Below the pieces are notes generated by a model. That model was not told where the DNA came from. It saw only the letters and a list, made by a program, of their open reading frames with translations, and searched no databases. Shown here one piece after another: positions 31,357 through 41,892 of a stretch of DNA of 64,000 bases. The DNA is taken from positions 768,001 through 832,000 of the forward strand of contig OZ244044.1 in assembly GCA_965215275.1 (NCBI GenBank), read 5' to 3'. The number at the start of each line of letters is the position of its first letter. Within the stretch, counting starts at the first letter, position 1. Source of the DNA: Thermodesulfobacteriota bacterium. Its GTDB lineage: Bacteria > Desulfobacterota_D > UBA1144 > Nemesobacterales > JAJCZQ01. The translations under genes were made by a program, and so were the position numbers.

Positions 31357-32406
31357 TTGACAAGCCAATTACAAGAAAACGAAGAGGAGTTGATTATGGC
31401 TATTTTTGAATTACAGGACGGGAAATTTAATAGTCTTAAAAAAATTGATTTTGGTACAGAGAATATCCTTGAAACAAATATCCAAGATGCCGTAAAGGAT
31501 AATATTGATGTCATAGCCTCAGATTGTATTATAATTGCCAAAGAATTCTCACAATGGAACGATTCAAATCGTAGAATTGATCTCCTTGCTGTTGACAAAA
31601 AGGCAAATCTTGTTGTCATTGAGTTAAAGCGTAAAGATGGTAGAGATATGGAACTTCAGTCATTGCGGTATGCTGCAATGGTTTCAACTCTTACCTATGA
31701 AGATGCTGTAAAAACTTATGAAAAGTATCTTGAATCAATAGGTAGTAATTCTAATGATGCTGAAAACAACCTTCTTAATCATTTTGGATGGGAAGATACA
31801 CCTAAAGAAGATAAGTTTGCATTAAATGTTCGTATTATCCTTGTATCAGAGGATTTTTCCTCCGAACTGGCAACAACTGTCCTGTGGCTAAATGAGATAA
31901 CAAGTGAGACCATACCAAAAATCACCTGCATTCGTTTAATTCCTTATAAATATGAGGATAAGATATTTATAGCTCCTCAACAGATAATCCCATTACCCGA
32001 AGCTAAAGATTATCAAACTAAACTTAATATTCAGTTAAAAGAGCGTAAGAAAACTCAATCAGAGAGAGATTATACTAAATTTATTTTTGAAGAAAACACT
32101 TATGCTAAAAATCAATTAGTATTAGCTGTTATACAAAAATATGTTAAAGATAATCCCCCGCCAGATATAAATAATTTGCACAGAACATTTAATCGATCTC
32201 CTGATAGAAAGAATTTATTTGCAGAATACGATTCCATGTCTGATCAAACAAAGAAGTCTCACTTTTGTAAAGACAATGAGTTATTAGAAGGGTTTTCCAA
32301 TGGCAAAAAATATGCTGTTTATAGACATCATGAAGGTGATATGACTTGGATTAAAGAGATAGCTGAACAATTAGGTTATAACATTGAAACCATAAAAGAG
32401 GATTAA
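31357..32406 (+). CDS. NucS/EndoMS-like PD-(D/E)XK endonuclease domain protein
   Basis: RIDLLAVD...VVIELKR...QSLRYAA; probable start near 31396 (MAIFEL). Confidence 0.75.
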   Translation: MTSQLQENEEELIMAIFELQDGKFNSLKKIDFGTENILETNIQDAVKDNIDVIASDCIIIAKEFSQWNDSNRRIDLLAVDKKANLVVIELKRKDGRDMELQSLRYAAMVSTLTYEDAVKTYEKYLESIGSNSNDAENNLLNHFGWEDTPKEDKFALNVRIILVSEDFSSELATTVLWLNEITSETIPKITCIRLIPYKYEDKIFIAPQQIIPLPEAKDYQTKLNIQLKERKKTQSERDYTKFIFEENTYAKNQLVLAVIQKYVKDNPPPDINNLHRTFNRSPDRKNLFAEYDSMSDQTKKSHFCKDNELLEGFSNGKKYAVYRHHEGDMTWIKEIAEQLGYNIETIKED

Positions 32407-32799
32407 CTATAGGTAGAAAACAAAAATAATAAACATATAACAGAAACTTAAAAAAGATAACAAAATCAGTGTTATCTCCTAATTTTCAATTTATTCAAAT
32501 CCAAAAACAAAGAATATAGCTAAAAAGGCAAAAAGAATAGAAATTATATAGGTAACTTTTTTGGGCTTCCTTACCCGAAAAATCGGGGCAAACAAACCCA
32601 TTGATCTGTTCTCGGCATTAAGCAAGTGATAACAACACCTGATTTCACGATGATTCGTCCCATGTTGACGGAAGAGTAAACAGATTATCTTTAACCGCCA
32701 CTTACTTGTTAGCCTGAGATTTTATCTCTATTCCTTTGCCAATATTCGAGAATTGGTTAAAATGAATTTTTCCACCCTATATGAAGTTTCTTTCATTAA

Positions 32800-33235
32800 G
32801 AATATTGATATTTCTACTTGAATTTATATCCTTGTTTTATAAATAACTACAATACACATACAGTTAAATATTCTCTGATACAGAGGTAATGTGGAATTAA
32901 TTCTTCCACAATCAGACCAAGTTCTTGTTGGATAATGAGAATTAACTAAAACTAACTTACCTCCAGCACTCTCATCCTTGTAAGTAAGTTACTCTTTAAT
33001 CTTTCCCCATTGCTGTTCTTTTATGAATTTAGACAGATGCGTGTGTTTTATCATATTTTGAATCTTGAAACCTTCTAACTTTATATGATTACACTTCTTT
33101 ACGATTTCAGAGTAGTTAATCTGTGTATAGAGTTAGTTTCACAATCAGTAGTTCATTCCCATTATGATAAAACCTTCTTCTTTCTGTCATTACTTCCTTT
33201 CTTAACCCTACTTATTACTCTCTGCCTACTTTTTT
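32800..33235 (-). pseudogene. tnpB remnant, C-terminal part
   Basis: Broken translation RQRVISRVKKGSNDRKKKV..IHRLTT..NMIKHTHLSK..EQQWGK..LTYKDESAGGKLVLVN..SDCG..DINSSRNI parallels the TnpB at 4211-5602. Confidence 0.8.
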
Positions 33236-33279
33236 GGGGATTATATACAAAAATACAAAAGTCACAAAGCCCTAGACAG

Positions 33280-33480
33280 TTAAGCTTTCTTTGTAGGCTT
33301 AAATGGACGCATAAATGTTTCCCTTACTTGCCTCTTTGTCATACCTGACATATTGATTTTAGCTTCTCGCTCTGTCTTGCTAGGCTGATATTTATGTAGG
33401 TCAGTTTGATGGGCTTTGTTTTTGGTATCTTCTACTTTTTTTAGCTCCCTCTTTCTTGAACTTTGCTTTAAACCACTCAT
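33280..33480 (-). CDS. 66-aa micro-ORF adjacent to the TIR
   Basis: YQPSKTERE...MTKRQVRETFMRP; points toward the element end like the other micro-ORFs. Confidence 0.5.
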   Translation of the reverse strand: MSGLKQSSRKRELKKVEDTKNKAHQTDLHKYQPSKTEREAKINMSGMTKRQVRETFMRPFKPTKKA

Positions 33481-33780
33481 AGGCGGTCCTCTGGTTGTTC
33501 TCTTTTGACCCGCGTACCTGCGTCACCAGATATAGTTAGAGGCAGTTCCTGAGCGATGTTATTCGCACCTTGATTACAAGCGCTGCACAAGGTCCGAAGG
33601 TTGTCAACTGAGTCAATATCTCCGTGGTTCCTGTCAACAATATGTGCGACATGTAGCCACGCCGGGCGGGTCCGAGCAACTATCTAAATTACCCGCCGCG
33701 ATGGTGTACATCTTGCAGGTATACCCCGTTTCATTCCAGTACTTGAACCCTAATTTTCTGTCTAACGGAGCGTGAGAATT
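33475..33780 (-). pseudogene. HNH endonuclease remnant
   Basis: Frameshifted GYTCKM...LHVAHIVDRNHG..DNLRTLCSACNQGANN. Confidence 0.65.
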
Positions 33781-33845
33781 AGACCGGAGGCTTTTGCTTA
33801 GGCGTAAGCGTAATTGTATAGTAAACAATCATAGCTGATTTTCTC

Positions 33846-33959
33846 TTAATCCTTCCGCTTCTCATCCAAGGTTCTATAGTCCTGACCATTGGCCTTATGC
33901 GGCTTGCATAACAGGCATCCTGCCCTGCGGTTTTTTGGTCTGCATCGCTTGTGATGCAT
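33846..33959 (-). CDS. 37-aa basic CxxC peptide (MHHKRCRPKNRRAGCLLCKPHKANG...)
   Basis: Manual translation; purine-rich RBS-like GAAGGG upstream; below the ORF-track cutoff. Confidence 0.5.
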   Translation of the reverse strand: MHHKRCRPKNRRAGCLLCKPHKANGQDYRTLDEKRKD

Positions 33960-33979
33960 TTTCTACCCTTCAGCAATAG

Positions 33980-35200
33980 TTATGCTGTTTGTTGCTCTCG
34001 TACCATACCAATAAAGTCATCAACATTCATGAGCCAAGATCGCTGTGTTTCCTGATAGGTTGCATGTAGTTCTTGTGGAAGCACAAGCTGTAATCGGTGC
34101 ACTTTCATCTCTTTTGTCTGGTTTTCACTTATGCTTGGTTCCAGAGTAATCAGATGTTTATCTGGTATTCGGGCCGCTTCAGACAACACCTGCCGCCACC
34201 GATCCTTACAGGTCGATTTTACACCAAGCATGGCCAGCCGAGATGCAGGAAAACTCTTATTATGGTATTCAACTGCACCGGGGAACAGAAAGTCCGGCTT
34301 GGCGTTGTTTTCCGTTACCACTTGCCTGTCAAAATTCAAATCATGTGCTTTGAACAATTCCGCCAAGTGATGTTCAAATGCGTATCCAACACGCGACTTG
34401 CGTCTGTTCTGTACACTCGACGAAAACTTGATAAAACCATCTACATCAGCGCCCTCATCATTCCAGAAGCCGCTTTTCAGGCGGCTAGCCACGATATGCC
34501 GTTCCATACGGCGAAACAGTTTTTCTTCCTGATTCATCCATGCCAGCAAAACCATGTCCGGGTTGCCTTGCGCTTCGACTTCCGGAATGGTCTCACGTGC
34601 AAACGCCGAAAACTCTGCAGTCGTTGGGAACACACCAGAGTAGCACTCCAGCAAAGCATCAAGCTTGTCGCCCTCCGGCTCCTCGATCTCAATTCCCAGT
34701 TCTTCAAGAATAAAACGAGCAGCAAAATCAATTTGCGTGTCGCTCCCTTTCTCATAATCCCTGTACTCAAACTTTAAGTCGAGTTGAATTGGTACACCAA
34801 ACAACCATAACAGCTGATTTTCAACAGTGCTGTTCTGCGGGACCACAATTACCATCATTTCGTTATTGGGTCTTTTGGCCACAATCAGAAGATCGTCTTC
34901 CCCTGCTATTTCCATCACCGGATTGCTGTGGAAATACAAGCGGTGTTCCGAGCGGGTAAGGTGTTTTTCCCTTGCGTCATACCACGTTACAAATGAGTCC
35001 TCTGACAGCCCTTCATTTTCTTCACCAACCCATACAAACCGGGCCGGGCAGTCTGTCAGCCTTTCTTCTCCAAGAAGTTTTTTAAGAGGAATAACACCGT
35101 TAAACTCATGCTGGTTTGATCGACTCGGACTGGCCTCAACAGCTCTAAGCCGTTTGGCGGCAACACCTTCAAAATAATCGGATAGATACCTCTGTTTCAT
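33980..35200 (-). CDS. EcoRII-family type IIE restriction endonuclease
   Basis: N-terminal AKRL..SNQHEFNG effector domain; NRRKSRVG, KPDFLFP, KSTCKDRWRQ. Confidence 0.9.
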   Translation of the reverse strand: MKQRYLSDYFEGVAAKRLRAVEASPSRSNQHEFNGVIPLKKLLGEERLTDCPARFVWVGEENEGLSEDSFVTWYDAREKHLTRSEHRLYFHSNPVMEIAGEDDLLIVAKRPNNEMMVIVVPQNSTVENQLLWLFGVPIQLDLKFEYRDYEKGSDTQIDFAARFILEELGIEIEEPEGDKLDALLECYSGVFPTTAEFSAFARETIPEVEAQGNPDMVLLAWMNQEEKLFRRMERHIVASRLKSGFWNDEGADVDGFIKFSSSVQNRRKSRVGYAFEHHLAELFKAHDLNFDRQVVTENNAKPDFLFPGAVEYHNKSFPASRLAMLGVKSTCKDRWRQVLSEAARIPDKHLITLEPSISENQTKEMKVHRLQLVLPQELHATYQETQRSWLMNVDDFIGMVREQQTA

Positions 35201-35210
35201 CTTCTTGCTA

Positions 35211-36821
35211 TTATCCCATTTCCGTTCCTGTTATATCAACTCTGCCTGCTCCGTTTCTTAACCATGTTGCGATTTCATCTATGACGCAATCAAGAGGCTG
35301 TTTTGTTCGCCCTTTCAAGGCACATTCCCAGACCGTCATTACACGCCAATTGTCGTCTTCAAGCGCAACCAGATTTTCCTGATCTCGCCGCAGCGTTCTC
35401 TCTATCTTGTTATGCCAAAATTCCTTTCTTGTCGATGGCAATTTAAAAAGGTGGCAATTGTGCTTGTGCCAGAAGCACCCGTTCACGAGTACAACAGCCT
35501 TGTATTTTGGGAATACCAAATCAGGTTTGCCCGGCAATTTACTGTTATGAAGAACATACCGAAAGCCTAGGGAATGCAGATGTTTTCGTATTAACAATTC
35601 CGGCTTTGTATCTTTTCCCCGTATGCCAGACATCATCTGGCTTCGTTTTTCCGGGGAAACAACATCATGCATAGCTTGCCTTGCCTGTTCCACAAGAACC
35701 TCCTGATCAAATACAAAGTCCAACTCTTTTTGGCCGTCAACACTCCTCATGGCATCTTGAATATGCGGAAGCATGTATTTAGCAACGGCTTCAACCACTG
35801 GAACCACAACAGCGTTTCCAAACTGCTTGTAAGCTTGTGTATCAAAGACTGGAATTTCAAATTTCGGCTTTCCCGGACCATCAAAACCCATCAGTCTTGC
35901 ACATTCACGCGGTGTCAAACGACGAGGACGTTTTCCACGCTGCTTAATTAGAATCTCCGACCCATCCTTGTAATAACGTGCAGACAGTGTTCTCGCTATA
36001 TCATTTGGCCCGACAAGACCGTAGCCGAAACCGTTACCCTTCGCACGATGCTTTGCAGCATAGTTCTGCAGGTACATCCAGAGTTTGTCTGACAATGTGT
36101 ATTTTGGATTAACCTTGCCTTTGGGAACTTCCGTAAATGGCTCCTCAGCCGGTTCACTGCCATCCTGCTTGTGCAGGATAGAAGACATTGTTGGACCATC
36201 TTCTATAGCGGGCAATTCAAGCTTGCTGAAATCAAACCCTGTATCCTTCCGGAACCCGGCGATAAAGATACGCTCCCGGTTTTGCGGGACAAAGCTTTTC
36301 GCGTTAATCACGCGCCAGTCAATGTTATACCCTAAATCCTGTTCAAGGGTCTTACAAATCACTTTGAACGTATTGCCCTTGTCATGACTAACAAGGTTTT
36401 TCACATTTTCCAGCAGGAATGCTGCCGGACGGTGGTGTGCAATAATCCTGGCAACCTCAAAAAACAGTGTTCCCTGTGCTTCACACATAAACCCGTGGGC
36501 ATGGCCCAATGCGTTCTTCTTGGATACACCAGCAATTGAAAACGGCTGACACGGAAAACCGGCTAGAAGGACATCATGCTCCGGAATCTGCTCTTCCGGG
36601 AACCCGATAATATCTCCTTCGACTTGGTGGTCGCAGTCATAATTCGCCTGATAGGTCTTCCGGCAAGCAATATCCCATTCGCTCGTAAAAATACATTGCC
36701 CGCCAATGTTATCGAACCCCACGCGCAGGCCTCCAATCCCTGCGAAGAGATCAATATATCGGAACATAGATTCTCCCTCTGGCTTTTTCGACCCATTAGT
36801 GATCTGAGCCAAAGTATCCAT
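35211..36821 (-). CDS. Dcm-like C5 methyltransferase fused in frame to Vsr very-short-patch repair endonuclease
   Basis: [33 protein letters not shown], then with no stop [25 protein letters not shown]...GCFWHKH...VWEC (Vsr from 35672); the track ORF start 36935 lies outside the TIR. Confidence 0.9.
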   Translation of the reverse strand: MDTLAQITNGSKKPEGESMFRYIDLFAGIGGLRVGFDNIGGQCIFTSEWDIACRKTYQANYDCDHQVEGDIIGFPEEQIPEHDVLLAGFPCQPFSIAGVSKKNALGHAHGFMCEAQGTLFFEVARIIAHHRPAAFLLENVKNLVSHDKGNTFKVICKTLEQDLGYNIDWRVINAKSFVPQNRERIFIAGFRKDTGFDFSKLELPAIEDGPTMSSILHKQDGSEPAEEPFTEVPKGKVNPKYTLSDKLWMYLQNYAAKHRAKGNGFGYGLVGPNDIARTLSARYYKDGSEILIKQRGKRPRRLTPRECARLMGFDGPGKPKFEIPVFDTQAYKQFGNAVVVPVVEAVAKYMLPHIQDAMRSVDGQKELDFVFDQEVLVEQARQAMHDVVSPEKRSQMMSGIRGKDTKPELLIRKHLHSLGFRYVLHNSKLPGKPDLVFPKYKAVVLVNGCFWHKHNCHLFKLPSTRKEFWHNKIERTLRRDQENLVALEDDNWRVMTVWECALKGRTKQPLDCVIDEIATWLRNGAGRVDITGTEMG

Positions 36822-36893
36822 TATTGTGGCTAAATGGTATTGCTTCGGGCGGATAATGTCAAGTGAATTTGTGACTTTATGTATATAATTTCC

Positions 36894-37190
36894 ATCTTTT
36901 TTACTCTTTAAATATTCTAAATAGATTCTATCCAACCTATCTAAAACACTTCTTTGAACTTCGCAGTTAAACTTATCAAAATCTTTGTTTTTTTCTCTTA
37001 TCTTCCGTTAAGGAATTAAACTGGTCGTATTTAGATATGTTTTTCTTATACCATTTATAAGATTTTAATCTGTGATATAAAGTTCCATCGTATAAATCAG
37101 ATGATTGTCCTAATAACTCGTCTAACTTGTTATGAAAATTCTTACTCGTTTTTACTGTCTTACTTATCGTTCATAACATCCTGATAATAT
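36894..37190 (-). pseudogene. tnpB remnant, N-terminal part
   Basis: [56 protein letters not shown] aligns by eye to the TnpB N-terminus. Confidence 0.75.
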
Positions 37191-37256
37191 TACTATAAAT
37201 CCACAGGTTCTCAAGTGCTTTACTTGCTTTTTTATCAACTTTCCTACATATTTCCT

Positions 37257-38537
37257 TTAAGAAAGAGAAAGTGCAGCCTTCAAATCTTCATGTTCGAAAG
37301 CCGAGGCCATGCGGTCGACCTCAACTTTCGTCAAACCCAGTCGTGCAGCCTCTTCGTGCCAGGTTCTGACGGCCATTCCAACTTCAGCGGCGATTGCATG
37401 CGCTTTGTCCTTATCCAGTTCAAAATATCCCGCCACGCTCATTGCAAGATCCAGAGAGGCCGAACTATCATCAAAATCAATAGCCGTTGTCAGAACACGT
37501 GGTTTGATATCCGCAGGCACTGGATTGAGATCATATGCCGGAGTCAATTGCCAACCGCCCGGACCGGTATAGAGGAAAGCGTGATTACGTAAATGATCAT
37601 CAGTGTTGGAGATCAGAATATTGAAAACGATACGCCGCCAAAGTTCATGCATATCCTGTATCAGTTTGGCACCATACTGGCGCAGTGCATCAACAAATTC
37701 GAGATAACTATGTAACTCGTTGTCGCTTGCCCCAAGCATACTCATGGCTGAAAGAAACGGAATACGTCCGCCTTGCACACGGTCGAAACGACGCAGCAGC
37801 AGTACCGGCTTGTTTAACACATGCTCAATTCGCCAGTCGGGCACGGAGATACCGGACTTTGCCGCAAGACGAAGTGCAACCCCTTCCCAGAGAACCTTAT
37901 TGATCTTATCATCCTTGTGTGGGAACTTAGCGATAGCAAGATGCCCATCCCGGTCCCTAACTGAGACCTTGGGACGTGCGCCACCCAATGACGAACCAGG
38001 AGCCAACAGCAGGTGCAAATCCTCGTCACTATCCGTACCATAAACGACATGTTCTGCTGCCGATAACAGTTGTGGTAAATCAATCAGGAACGGTACGCGT
38101 GATGTTTTATGTCCGGCAAGGAACGGTCCTCCTTCCTGACTGGCAAAGTGCAAGGCACCCTGACTGGCAAAGTGCAAGGCACCCTGACGGGCTTCATCAT
38201 CGACCCCGAGCAAACAGTCTATTTCCATCAAAGTGCGTGGCGTCTCACCCACACGCTCAGCCCGTCTTTGTTCAGTTCGGCACATTAGAACCCGCCCCCA
38301 GCGATCTGGGATGGAGTCGCTAACGGCACCAAACAGAGGTCTATCTGAAGTGGTATAAAATGGAACCGGGTCAAGCGTGAGGGCCGGTTCCAGAGCGAAA
38401 CGGTTTGCATAAGCGAGCCAACTCGTATCATATTCGAAGGTGGCACTTTCTCTGCCTTTGCGTACATGTGCCCACAAGCGTCCAGCCAGATGCAGCGTGC
38501 CACCAATCTCAACATAGACAAATACTTCTGTTTCCAT
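37257..38537 (-). CDS. HipA-family kinase toxin
   Basis: SLGGARPK, NTDDHLRNH, LTPAYDL. Confidence 0.93.
   Translation of the reverse strand: METEVFVYVEIGGTLHLAGRLWAHVRKGRESATFEYDTSWLAYANRFALEPALTLDPVPFYTTSDRPLFGAVSDSIPDRWGRVLMCRTEQRRAERVGETPRTLMEIDCLLGVDDEARQGALHFASQGALHFASQEGGPFLAGHKTSRVPFLIDLPQLLSAAEHVVYGTDSDEDLHLLLAPGSSLGGARPKVSVRDRDGHLAIAKFPHKDDKINKVLWEGVALRLAAKSGISVPDWRIEHVLNKPVLLLRRFDRVQGGRIPFLSAMSMLGASDNELHSYLEFVDALRQYGAKLIQDMHELWRRIVFNILISNTDDHLRNHAFLYTGPGGWQLTPAYDLNPVPADIKPRVLTTAIDFDDSSASLDLAMSVAGYFELDKDKAHAIAAEVGMAVRTWHEEAARLGLTKVEVDRMASAFEHEDLKAALSLS
38135..38188. repeat. 24-bp tandem duplication within hipA (GALHFASQ x2)
   Basis: CCTGACTGGCAAAGTGCAAGGCAC twice, then a partial CCTGAC. 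Confidence 0.95.
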
Positions 38538-38777
38538 CAGGTTTTGCTCTTCTGTTCAGACCGGCGCAGGTTACGGATATGTTGAGGTAAACGTTCCCCT
38601 TCCAGTTCCAGAACCATCACATCCGCTCTGGCATTTGTCAGGTTGGCCCAATCGTTCTGCCATAACAACCGTGGGGATGCGCCGTCTTAATATAGCATCA
38701 CGGATATCCTAGCCAAGCTTGCGCAGAACCCGCCTGACCGGGGGCGGCATCATTAAATCCAGCCGAGTTTTGCTCAT
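38537..38777 (-). pseudogene. HipB-like XRE antitoxin pseudogene
   Basis: MSKTRLDLMMPPPVRRVLRKLG*DIRDAILRRRIPTVVMAER; in-frame TAG at 38709-38711, apparent internal deletion or frameshift; TGATG overlap with hipA. Confidence 0.75.
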
Positions 38778-39045
38778 TATTCCATCCATTATTATGGACA
38801 TATTATACTTTTACATTCAGAATTTTGAACATTTTCAGATTATTGTGAACTCCACATAACCTGATTCAGTTACATTACTCCATCTCACCCAGGTTTTTCA
38901 AAGATACTCTTTGAAAATGCTCACCGCGACCGCCATCACGAACAAGATTGCAAACAGCAAGACGATATAAATAACCTAGGTCGGAACCTAACAGTTGCAT
39001 TTCCAGATGATTAGCAAATAAATCATCAATTAATATATCTACACA

Positions 39046-40938
39046 CTACCTATTATCAGAAGAATCAGATCTGCCCCGACCTTCCGCATAATTTTTCATA
39101 CCGTCGCGCAAAATTTCCAAGAAGGTATGATTTCTGCTTTCAGCATCTGCCACAATGGCATCAAATGACACAACAAAAGTCGGGGTCGGAACAATTTTTA
39201 TTCCATCCGGATGTGGAGTTTCATATTCCTGATAAAAAACTATTCCTTTCGAAAAAAGGGGAGCCCATTTTAGTTGTCGAAGACGCAAATCCAAATTGTC
39301 ATTTATTTGCATTACTGCGTAATACCAAATTCTTTGGATATTTGGGCAGTGCTTCACCAGTTTTACAGCGCGGTCGAGTAACTGATTGATGGCAAATATA
39401 TTTTCTTTCTCATCATCTGTTTTTTTCTTGATTTCAACAACCACAACATCTACCACATTAGCATTAGACGGGTCTGCAGAGAATATCATAGCGATATCCG
39501 GCCTTCCTGTATCGCCTACTCTTTCATCATCAAGACGTATGGCCTTGATAATGGTATCCATTCGTTTCTCACTGAGGATGGTCTGGAACACCATAAACTT
39601 GTCATCAAGCAACCACGCGTTGTTCTGATATATTTCCGCCGGCATTAAGCCCTGTGCAAACTCCTTGTAACGAGGAACAATTAGGTTGTGAATATCCGAC
39701 TCAGCATTGCCTTCCGTCATGGTTTTCATGCGACTGATAATCTTGTCACGATACAAGATGTACTCCGTTAACGTACGAGATGACAGTTCAAGTGACTTAT
39801 CGTAGGTCGCCTCACTGAGCGTTTCGCATTGAAGTACTTCTTTCTGCTCTCGAAAAAATTCTTGTTGGGCAATGGTCAAAGCGTCGTCCCGATCAATTAG
39901 CCCAACGGTATCCTTTTCAAAGTATCCCAGCAAATGCGGGAATTTTTCTTCGAATTGTACTTTAGTCTGTTCGTTTTTCTCAGTAATCTGAGGAATGTTC
40001 TCTGACAATACCTTGCCTAATTCACGTATCAGTAAACGTTTTAGAGAATCTTCCTGTAATCCATCAGGCAGTACTAACTTTTGGCGAGCACTATCGGTAT
40101 TGGAGTGAAATGCTTCTGACTCAAACAGAAAAAAACACAAATAACCTATTGGAAATGAGGAAGTGGGAATTAGTTTAACTGGAACTGTTCGTCCATCAAT
40201 ACTGAAAGCGGTAAAAAAATCTCCTCCATCTTCCACCTGTTCGACATGAAAAAACATATCAATGGACAAAAAGATATCTAGGTTTTCATCCTTGATCGTT
40301 ACCTTGTTCATTGACGGTAAATCGTCTGATGTAATCGTGACGTCTTTAGAAAAAAAATCCTTTTGTTTGTTGCTTTCGCTGGGCACCAAGTTTAATACAA
40401 TTTTAAATATCACATCTTCACGCTTAAGGGCGTCAAGCGTAGGCAACAATTGTCTAATTATCATTGGCTTGAGAGTATTTGGATTCAAATCGTCATAAGC
40501 TTTAACTCGCTCTTTGGAAAAACCAGTAAATACCAACGATGTTCTGTTCTGCTGCTCGCCTTGAACATCAAGAACAGGCGCGTTGCCATCGAAACCTTCC
40601 TTAAATATAAAATTTCTCTTTTTCTGATCCCAAACACTGGAGATTTCGACCCGCTCAAAGTAGTTGAGAAAGACAAGACGACCTACCCCTTTATGAAGTT
40701 CGTCTCTGGGTTTCAACAGCGTTTTAAAACGGTCAAAGTTCTCATCGGTAAAACCTTCGCCATTGTCCGTCACAGTGACTTTCAATGTATTGGGTTTGTC
40801 AAATGCCTGTATCTCAATATCGATAGATACTTCAGTTGCACCGGCATCAAAAGCATTAGCCAAGGCCTCAAAATAGACCAAGGTTAAAGATGTATTGGGA
40901 AAAAACAGCTTGATAGCACCGGAGGTTTCAATATCCAT
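39046..40938 (-). CDS. GHKL (HATPase_c) ATPase with C-terminal PD-(D/E)XK-like domain
   Basis: EALANAFDA, DNGEG, KGVGR; PDIAM...VVEIKK. Confidence 0.75.
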   Translation of the reverse strand: MDIETSGAIKLFFPNTSLTLVYFEALANAFDAGATEVSIDIEIQAFDKPNTLKVTVTDNGEGFTDENFDRFKTLLKPRDELHKGVGRLVFLNYFERVEISSVWDQKKRNFIFKEGFDGNAPVLDVQGEQQNRTSLVFTGFSKERVKAYDDLNPNTLKPMIIRQLLPTLDALKREDVIFKIVLNLVPSESNKQKDFFSKDVTITSDDLPSMNKVTIKDENLDIFLSIDMFFHVEQVEDGGDFFTAFSIDGRTVPVKLIPTSSFPIGYLCFFLFESEAFHSNTDSARQKLVLPDGLQEDSLKRLLIRELGKVLSENIPQITEKNEQTKVQFEEKFPHLLGYFEKDTVGLIDRDDALTIAQQEFFREQKEVLQCETLSEATYDKSLELSSRTLTEYILYRDKIISRMKTMTEGNAESDIHNLIVPRYKEFAQGLMPAEIYQNNAWLLDDKFMVFQTILSEKRMDTIIKAIRLDDERVGDTGRPDIAMIFSADPSNANVVDVVVVEIKKKTDDEKENIFAINQLLDRAVKLVKHCPNIQRIWYYAVMQINDNLDLRLRQLKWAPLFSKGIVFYQEYETPHPDGIKIVPTPTFVVSFDAIVADAESRNHTFLEILRDGMKNYAEGRGRSDSSDNR

Positions 40939-41309
40939 AATTACTCCACTACTAACCGCACTTCTGCTGGGTCATGACATTGCGCTTGATGATCTTGCCC
41001 ACCGCTTGCTGTAGGTTCTGCATTGGTTCTTCCTTGCTAGGATGTTGTGCAATTAAACGACCATTGATCGGATAGAATCGGACAAGGTCTCCGTATTTAA
41101 TGCTTGTTCTGCATCTCTATTGTTTGGCATGGTCCAACTTTTTTGCCAATCCAGTTAAGCGTGTTTCTTTGCCATAACATATATTTTAGCTTACCTGAAC
41201 ATCTGTTCCAGTCAACTTGAACACCCGATGTCCAACTTTGCATTGTCTCACCGGTTTATTTTCCACATCTTCATATTCAGTCAATTGCCTGTGTCGGTCC
41301 AAGATAACA

Positions 41310-41720
41310 CCGACCAGTGAGTTATTACAAATGGCAGCGTACCATTAATCGTTAGGTAGCTGACTTAATCATCAGCGTGGAGGAGCACCATGGCAGTCTT
41401 CCATAACCTTCATCAGATCGTCGCACTGGACCACGTTATGTAGTTTTAGGTCCCAAGCATCAATCAGTAACAGTTATCTATTTTAGCAAGTTGTGCCAAC
41501 AGTTCTCGGCAATTACTGTCCGTTTGGCCTCAGTGCCAAAATCAACCGGGACAGGTGGGTAATAACACACGCTGTAACCCTGCAAGAAGGCATTGTACCA
41601 TAGTGCACAAACAATGTAAGTCTTGTCGCTGCCACAAGGATTAGTAATTAGCATATTTCTAGGCACACTCAATATATTCCGACCCGACCTAGAACAACTT
41701 AGGCAATCTGGTTAACTGAT
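41310..41720 (-). pseudogene. IS21-family IstB helper ATPase remnant
   Basis: Decayed NMLITNPCGSDKTYIVCAL (Walker A), LLIDAWD (Walker B), SQLP, ILDR, with stops and frameshifts. Confidence 0.75.
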
Positions 41721-41892
41721 GTTATGTGGATGCTGGAGTCAATATTTTACATAATAGTAGAGCGCAGTTTGAAGAATATCAGGCGGATGAGGCATATCGT
41801 GCTTCTGCAGTTGGTATCACCGTCACATAGAAACCATTGCGGTTGTTCAATTGAAAAATACTTGGAGGCACCTGCCAGTGCCAGACGCGTAA

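Larger units (their letters stand above)
33236..36893. mobile_element. IS1595-like TIR-bounded cassette carrying an EcoRII-like R-M system and Vsr
   Basis: Left GGGGATTATATACAAAAATACAAAAGTCACAAA vs right end rc GGAAATTATATACATAAAGTCACAAA; tnpB fragments lie on both sides. Confidence 0.75.

Noticed and set aside
34097..34777. Long antisense ORFs (for example 34097-34777, 44158-44799, 11184-11705)
   Set aside because: They lie opposite well-supported genes and show no recognisable motifs
36822..36935. N-terminal extension of the Dcm ORF
   Set aside because: Crosses the TIR into tnpB remnant sequence; an artefact of longest-ORF calling
38870..38890. Possible att copy of the guaA 3' end
   Set aside because: Only 9/12 identity (TTACTCCATCTC vs TCACTCCCACTC); not distinguishable from chance
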